NCBI RefSeq assembly: GCF_041146345.1
Contig: NW_027191413.1
Span: 1,240,001 to 1,304,000 of the forward strand
Source: Neodothiora populina
Lineage: Eukaryota
Direction: 5' to 3'
DNA length: 64,000 nucleotides
In this document: one piece after another, positions 58,889 through 64,000 of the stretch
Position numbering within the stretch: position 1 is the stretch's first letter
Layout of the letters: each line of letters starts with the position of its first letter
Translations under genes and position numbers: made by a program
The notes under the pieces: model-generated
What the model was told of the DNA's origin: nothing
The model's input: the letters and a program-made list of their open reading frames with translations, nothing else
The model's database searches: none

Positions 58889-60176
58889 ATGGCCGATGGA
58901 AGCGCGGAGTCTATCCAGCAGAAGATTGCTATTGCTCGACGAGATGCTGAGGCATTGAAGGACCGCATAAAGAAGAAGAAGGATGAGCTCGCCGACACGA
59001 CACGTCAGTCCATCACCGCCATCACCCATACATTTTCTCTTATTCATGCTGACCCTCACCAACAGTGCGCGAGGTTGCACGACAACGTACCGAGCCCCTT
59101 CCTCGATTGGCAATGAAGACCAAGAGAACTCTCAAGGGCCACTTAGCTAAAATCTACGCGATGCACTGGTCGACCGACAGGCGGCATCTCGTCTCGGCTT
59201 CACAAGACGGCAAACTTATCATTTGGGATGCATACACTACTAACAAGGTCCACGCTATTCCCCTAAGATCATCCTGGGTCATGACCTGCGCCTACGCGCC
59301 GAGTGGCAACTACGTCGCTTGTGGTGGCCTTGACAACATCTGCTCCATCTACAACCTCTCCGCCAGGGACGGCCCTACTCGTGTTGCACGAGAATTATCA
59401 GGCCACTCGGGCTACCTATCTTGCTGCCGCTTTATCAACGACCGTCGAATCCTGACCTCTTCCGGTGACATGACCTGTGTGCTTTGGGACATCGAGACCG
59501 GTCAGAAGCTGCAAGAATTCGCAGACCATCTTGGAGACGTCATGAGCTTAAGTATCAACCCCCTCGACAACAACCAATTCGTCTCCGGAGCTTGCGACGC
59601 CTTCGCCAAGCTATGGGACATCAGACAACAGAAATGCGTCCAGACCTTCGCTGCTCATGACTCGGACATAAACGCCATTCAATTCTTCCCCAACGGTAAC
59701 GCTTTCGGTACTGGATCAGACGACGCCTCGTGTCGTCTCTTCGATATCCGAGCAGACAGGGAGTTGCAGAGCTACATGGTAAGGATCACGCCGACTTGTC
59801 ACCAATCCCACTGTCCGTACTGACAGGTCCAACACAGATCCCCGAGCCGGTATGCGGTATCACGTCAGTAGCCTTTTCGGTCTCTGGAAGATTACTGTTC
59901 GCTGGTTACGACGACTTTGAGTGCAAGGTAAGGATACAATTGCACAGAATCACCAGGAAAGCCCTGCTGACAATATCTCAGGTTTGGGACGTTCTTCGCG
60001 GTGAGAGAGTCGGCACATTACAAGGGCATGACAACCGCGTCAGCTGTCTGGGCGTCAGTAACGACGCCATGTCTCTCTGCACCGGTTCCTGGGACTCAAT
60101 GGTAAGTCTTCAACGCCGCCATTCACCCCCCGCTCCATACTAATCTAATCTACCACAGCTGCGCATCTGGGCATAA
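58889..60176 (+). CDS. sfaD: Heterotrimeric G-protein beta subunit (SfaD/Gnb-1/Ste4 orthologue)
   Basis: Exons 58889-59003, 59066-59778, 59838-59927, 59982-60101 and 60159-60176. N-terminal coiled coil plus 7 WD40 repeats ([40 protein letters not shown]...TGSWDSMLRIWA*). Confidence 0.98.
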
Positions 60177-63144
60177 AACACATCATAGACGTCGATTTCG
60201 CGAGACAGCCCATACGATACGACGACGACTAAAAGCTCGAGGAGGAACCCAGTACCGTACACGGCGTGTGCGGCACCACGGAGATTCATATCGAACGCGC
60301 AAAAGTACCCAGTGGTGACGACTCAGCGACACATAATCACGTACCTACGGAGTACGACCCGCCAACCTTATACCACATTTCCTTTACTATTCTCTTTATT
60401 CGAAACGGGACCGGACTCACTCTTCTGGCGAGAGGAGGACACAGTGGAGAAAATGGGGGATTGTCTTTTGATGTCACATGGACAGTGGTACCTTCGAGTG
60501 CCCATAACTTCACTGTCTTCTTCAAGTTCTTTTTTTCTTCTTTTACTTTCCGTTGCTTCGGCGCCACTTATCTTTCTATTCTCTTATACTTGTGTTTCTA
60601 TCTACATAATGGAGGAAGGTTCCGTGTCGTGAGTCGACACGTGTACTGTACCAAGAGCACACAACCTCTCCCCTGGGGTTCGTCTGATTGGGTGAATATC
60701 ATGGTCGTCGCGAGAAGCCGGGAATGTAGCGCCACCATCGTGATGCCCTCACCTTAATCTCCTTCGCACTTAGAAGCAGGTGTTTCCAAGGGGAGTATAT
60801 GTGCGCTGCGCGCAAGCCTTTGCCGTGCATCCGACAGTATTCAAAATATTGTATTGCTTCAGACGTTTATATGGAACAGTATGGTTGTCTTCCGCTTTCG
60901 GACTGCTCTCCGGCTCTCTTGCATCACTGTCTCTGTTGTCACAACGTCTACCTCACTCTAGATAGCCTACTTGGACAGATGTATCTGCGTACCTTGACCG
61001 TTGTAGAATCTCTGGCTCCGTGGTTTTGTATCGCACAGCACAGAAGTACCTTGGGCGTTCTCATTTTGACTCTTCTGCTACGAACTCTATCAAGCTGGTC
61101 CAGATCCCGATGATCTGTCATGCTTTTTGACTTCTTCACCCGTCATCACTGTCAGGCCGAGGCCTGTCCCGCGCGTTTCAGCTCTGCTACGTGCATAGAT
61201 TTCGTATTGCTATAAAATCTCAGCATGTATTCATCACATTCTTCGCAAAAGGTATATTGTATGAGTCAGGTTGTTTTGGTGCCCTAAGTACTTAAGGTGA
61301 GCAGCATCCAGACAGCGCTCTACTTGGCACAGTAAAGTAAAGCGAGAGTCAGCTACGAGTCAGGATGCCGTCTCATCTCTCTTCAATTAACCTATTCCAG
61401 TAGCGACCATCGCACATGGTCAAGGCACTCCGGCTCTACTTTGGATATTTTTCTTTTTCTTTTCGGTCTCCCGACCTGAGCATGACCAAGCTGCGAACCT
61501 AAATTAAAACACGATCCCCAAGAGAAGAACCCCGAAACCAGACCAACTCTCGCCTGTCTCGGATGCTGGCTTTGGGTTATTGCATGTGAAATTTGCCAGT
61601 CCCGTGCAGCAGTGCTGCGCTCGCACTAGTCGAGGAGTCCCAGGTACCTATGATGATCTTCGGATGCGGCCATAACCCGATTCGCATATGCCCATACATC
61701 ATGGCTCTTTCCCACATCACGCTTTAGAACTTGTTCGGTTCTGAGTGTGGTAGTCGCCTGGGCTCGCTTGCTTACCTTACCCTAATTCTTTTCCTCCGCG
61801 AATAAACCCCACCTAGGCGTTTCATCGACACGGCTCGCGAAGGGTTCGCGGGAAACCCTACGTTTTGGATCTTCTGCTCGAAAAACGCTCGGATCGACTG
61901 AGGATCGTGCTCCATGGACGTGGTTCAAGGAAGCGCAGGAACAAAAAGCACCCGCCGCCGGCAAGTGGTTTCCTGGTCGCGGCAAGGCCCGATGAGTAGA
62001 CGACACGAGGGGGTCCGAGCAATTATAGCCATTCTGGAATGGGGAAGCACATGTTCGCTCGCATGGTCTTGCGCTTGTAGTGTGCGGTACTTGGTTGTCT
62101 TCTCTTTGGCTGAGCGTGTGCCGAAGAAAGAGGCGTTCCCATCTGTATGGGATATCGCCGTGTAGAAAGTGACCTGCTACAAGTACATTCTAGACACCAT
62201 TAATATGGCCGATGGGCAAGTGGATATTCAGGGATCTTGTGCCACTGCGAGTCAGATTAGTCTGTCACAAGTCAGACACACCAGGAACGCACAGCACTTC
62301 CCACCTCTTCTATTCATGTCAGATTGGTTCCAGTCTGATGCCAGATGGTGGAGGGAAAGGGGTCCATAGTTGATTCGTCATGAGGACATGTTGCATTTGT
62401 CCGTGTGAGAGATAGATTGATAAGTCAGGCACAGTACAGCCATAGGCCAGGAGCACAACAAGTGAGCATTCCATAGCGTTCAACGACGAAGATCTTCCCA
62501 TCTTGCATTTTGCCCTTGCTGCAAGCGTATCTGTGTCCTACTGTACTGCACAGTACTTGTCTGCCCTGCCTCAGTCAGTCTGGCCTCCTCGGTGCCCTTC
62601 TGACCCACAGCGGCATCGTGACTCGACGCCGCCCCCTCGTCTCCTCCTTGTTGACCACAACCACCACTGGCGGGTGTTGATTATTTGTCTTGGTACCATA
62701 CAATTCTTCGTAGCGCTCTCTTGGATTTTCTGTCGTTGACTTGTGTAGATAGAATTGACTACGCAATCACTCTTGACCGCCCATCTGTACATATCTTTGA
62801 CCCTTCAATTCTTTTGACTTTTACTTGACACCAGCCAAGAAGAAGCGCAGCATTGATTGCGAGCATCACGAGCGTCACTGTGAATCTGGACTGGACCAGG
62901 ATTGTTCTACATCTGCTTCATCTTTGCTTCATTTCACAGCAAAGCACACCCCGCTATATACATCCGCCTGTCTCTCTCTCTCTCTCTCTTTTTTTTTTTT
63001 ACCCTTACGCCGCAACAAGCAATAAACGTTTTGTCTCAGGATACCCCCCATCGATAACAACGTTCACTCGTCAGACTCACACTCGGACCTGCGCCTGACT
63101 AACAACGTCTATACACTCGTCAACAATATCAAGACATACACACG

Positions 63145-64000
63145 ATGGCTTCCTCGGCAGCCCAAGATGAATACGACGACCTCATGGCCCGCAACAGAGC
63201 GGCGCGCACACATCATCCAGAAGACGCAGGCGGCTCAGATAACGACTCGGTGAGCCTGAGCGAGGAAGACGAAGCCTCGAGGCAAGAAACAGCCTACCCT
63301 TCGGCTCCCACACACAACTACTCCCGTTCACGGTCCTACCTCCCCAATCAGCGCTCATACAACAACACGGGTCCCAAGGGTGTCATAGCAGATGCTCAGG
63401 CCTTCCGAGAAGCACAGTCCGCTCACCGGGCCTCGATGTCAGCAAGTCGCGCATCCTCAGACGTCAACACTCTCGTGCAGCCATACGTCGAAAACCTCAG
63501 TCTCAACGACTCGGCATACGAAGGTGAAGTCGCGCTCAAGGAGATCAAAGAGGAAGAGTACGACAAGCTACGGGGAGAGGCCGACGAAGATCTGGAGGAG
63601 GACGAGGACGATTTCATGATGCAATGGCGACTGAGCAGGCTTCAGGAACTGCGAGGCAAGAGCGTCATAGCCAGTAACGCCGCCGCCGAGCGCTTCGGCA
63701 TGAGCAAGAGCGCGAAACTCATCTACGAGGGTCTGACAGCCGTAGACGGCGAAGGGTTTCTGGAGGTCGTAGACGGCAGCCCACGAGAAGTCACTGTCCT
63801 TGTGTTTGTCTGGGATGACCGAAGCGAAGTCAGCAGTATGGTCGAGGACTGCATCCGGCAATTGGCGAGGAAGCACAAGACCACGAGGTTCATCAAGCTG
63901 CATTACCAGGACGCGGAGATGGAACCCGCGGGCGTGCCGGCTGTGCTGGCGTATAAAGGTGGTGACAAATTCGCTGGGTTGATCCCGGTGGTCGAGGAGA
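63145..64000 (+). CDS. phnA: Phosducin-like protein PhLP1 (PhnA/BDM-1 orthologue), 3' end beyond the window
   Basis: Open frame from ATG 63145 to the window end, absent from the ORF track. It begins MASSAAQDEYDDL and has the class I phosducin motif NTGPKGVIADA (TGPKGVIAD 63367-63393), the acidic EEDEDDFMMQWRLSRLQEL, and a thioredoxin-like domain (LARKHKTTRFIKLHYQDAEMEPAGVPAVLAYKGGDKFAGL). Confidence 0.93.
   Translation, partial: MASSAAQDEYDDLMARNRAARTHHPEDAGGSDNDSVSLSEEDEASRQETAYPSAPTHNYSRSRSYLPNQRSYNNTGPKGVIADAQAFREAQSAHRASMSASRASSDVNTLVQPYVENLSLNDSAYEGEVALKEIKEEEYDKLRGEADEDLEEDEDDFMMQWRLSRLQELRGKSVIASNAAAERFGMSKSAKLIYEGLTAVDGEGFLEVVDGSPREVTVLVFVWDDRSEVSSMVEDCIRQLARKHKTTRFIKLHYQDAEMEPAGVPAVLAYKGGDKFAGLIPVVEE

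Overview
Eukaryotic DNA from a filamentous ascomycete (Pezizomycotina; the protein style suggests Dothideomycetes, which is inference). It is gene-dense with short spliceosomal introns (GT...CTRAC/CTAAY...YAG), so many genes are fragmented in, or missing from, the ORF track. I support 19 protein-coding genes, in order: an alpha-glucoside/maltose MFS permease, RRP5, cdt2, a large Cys-rich repeat GPI-type surface protein, a cryptic Zn(II)2Cys6-like protein visible only after splicing, GCV3, MRP17, NUP192, TEL1/ATM, a small single-TM protein, PTM1, a DUF4112 protein, IRC22/TRAP-alpha, a CCCH zinc-finger protein, aprataxin HNT3, a DUF4211 protein, APC13, RPS29, and the G-protein beta subunit. A 20th gene, a phosducin-like G-beta chaperone, runs off the right end. 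I recognised no tRNA, rRNA, transposon or CRISPR array. The best leads are: (1) the secreted protein with nine tandem 8-Cys modules of a type I cannot assign, (2) the atypical Zn-cluster gene just upstream of it, (3) the G-beta/phosducin gene pair, (4) a minisatellite carrying five CCAAT boxes, and (5) a probable GC-AG in-frame intron. Most of the window is conserved housekeeping DNA, and I cannot prove a wholly new system from sequence alone.
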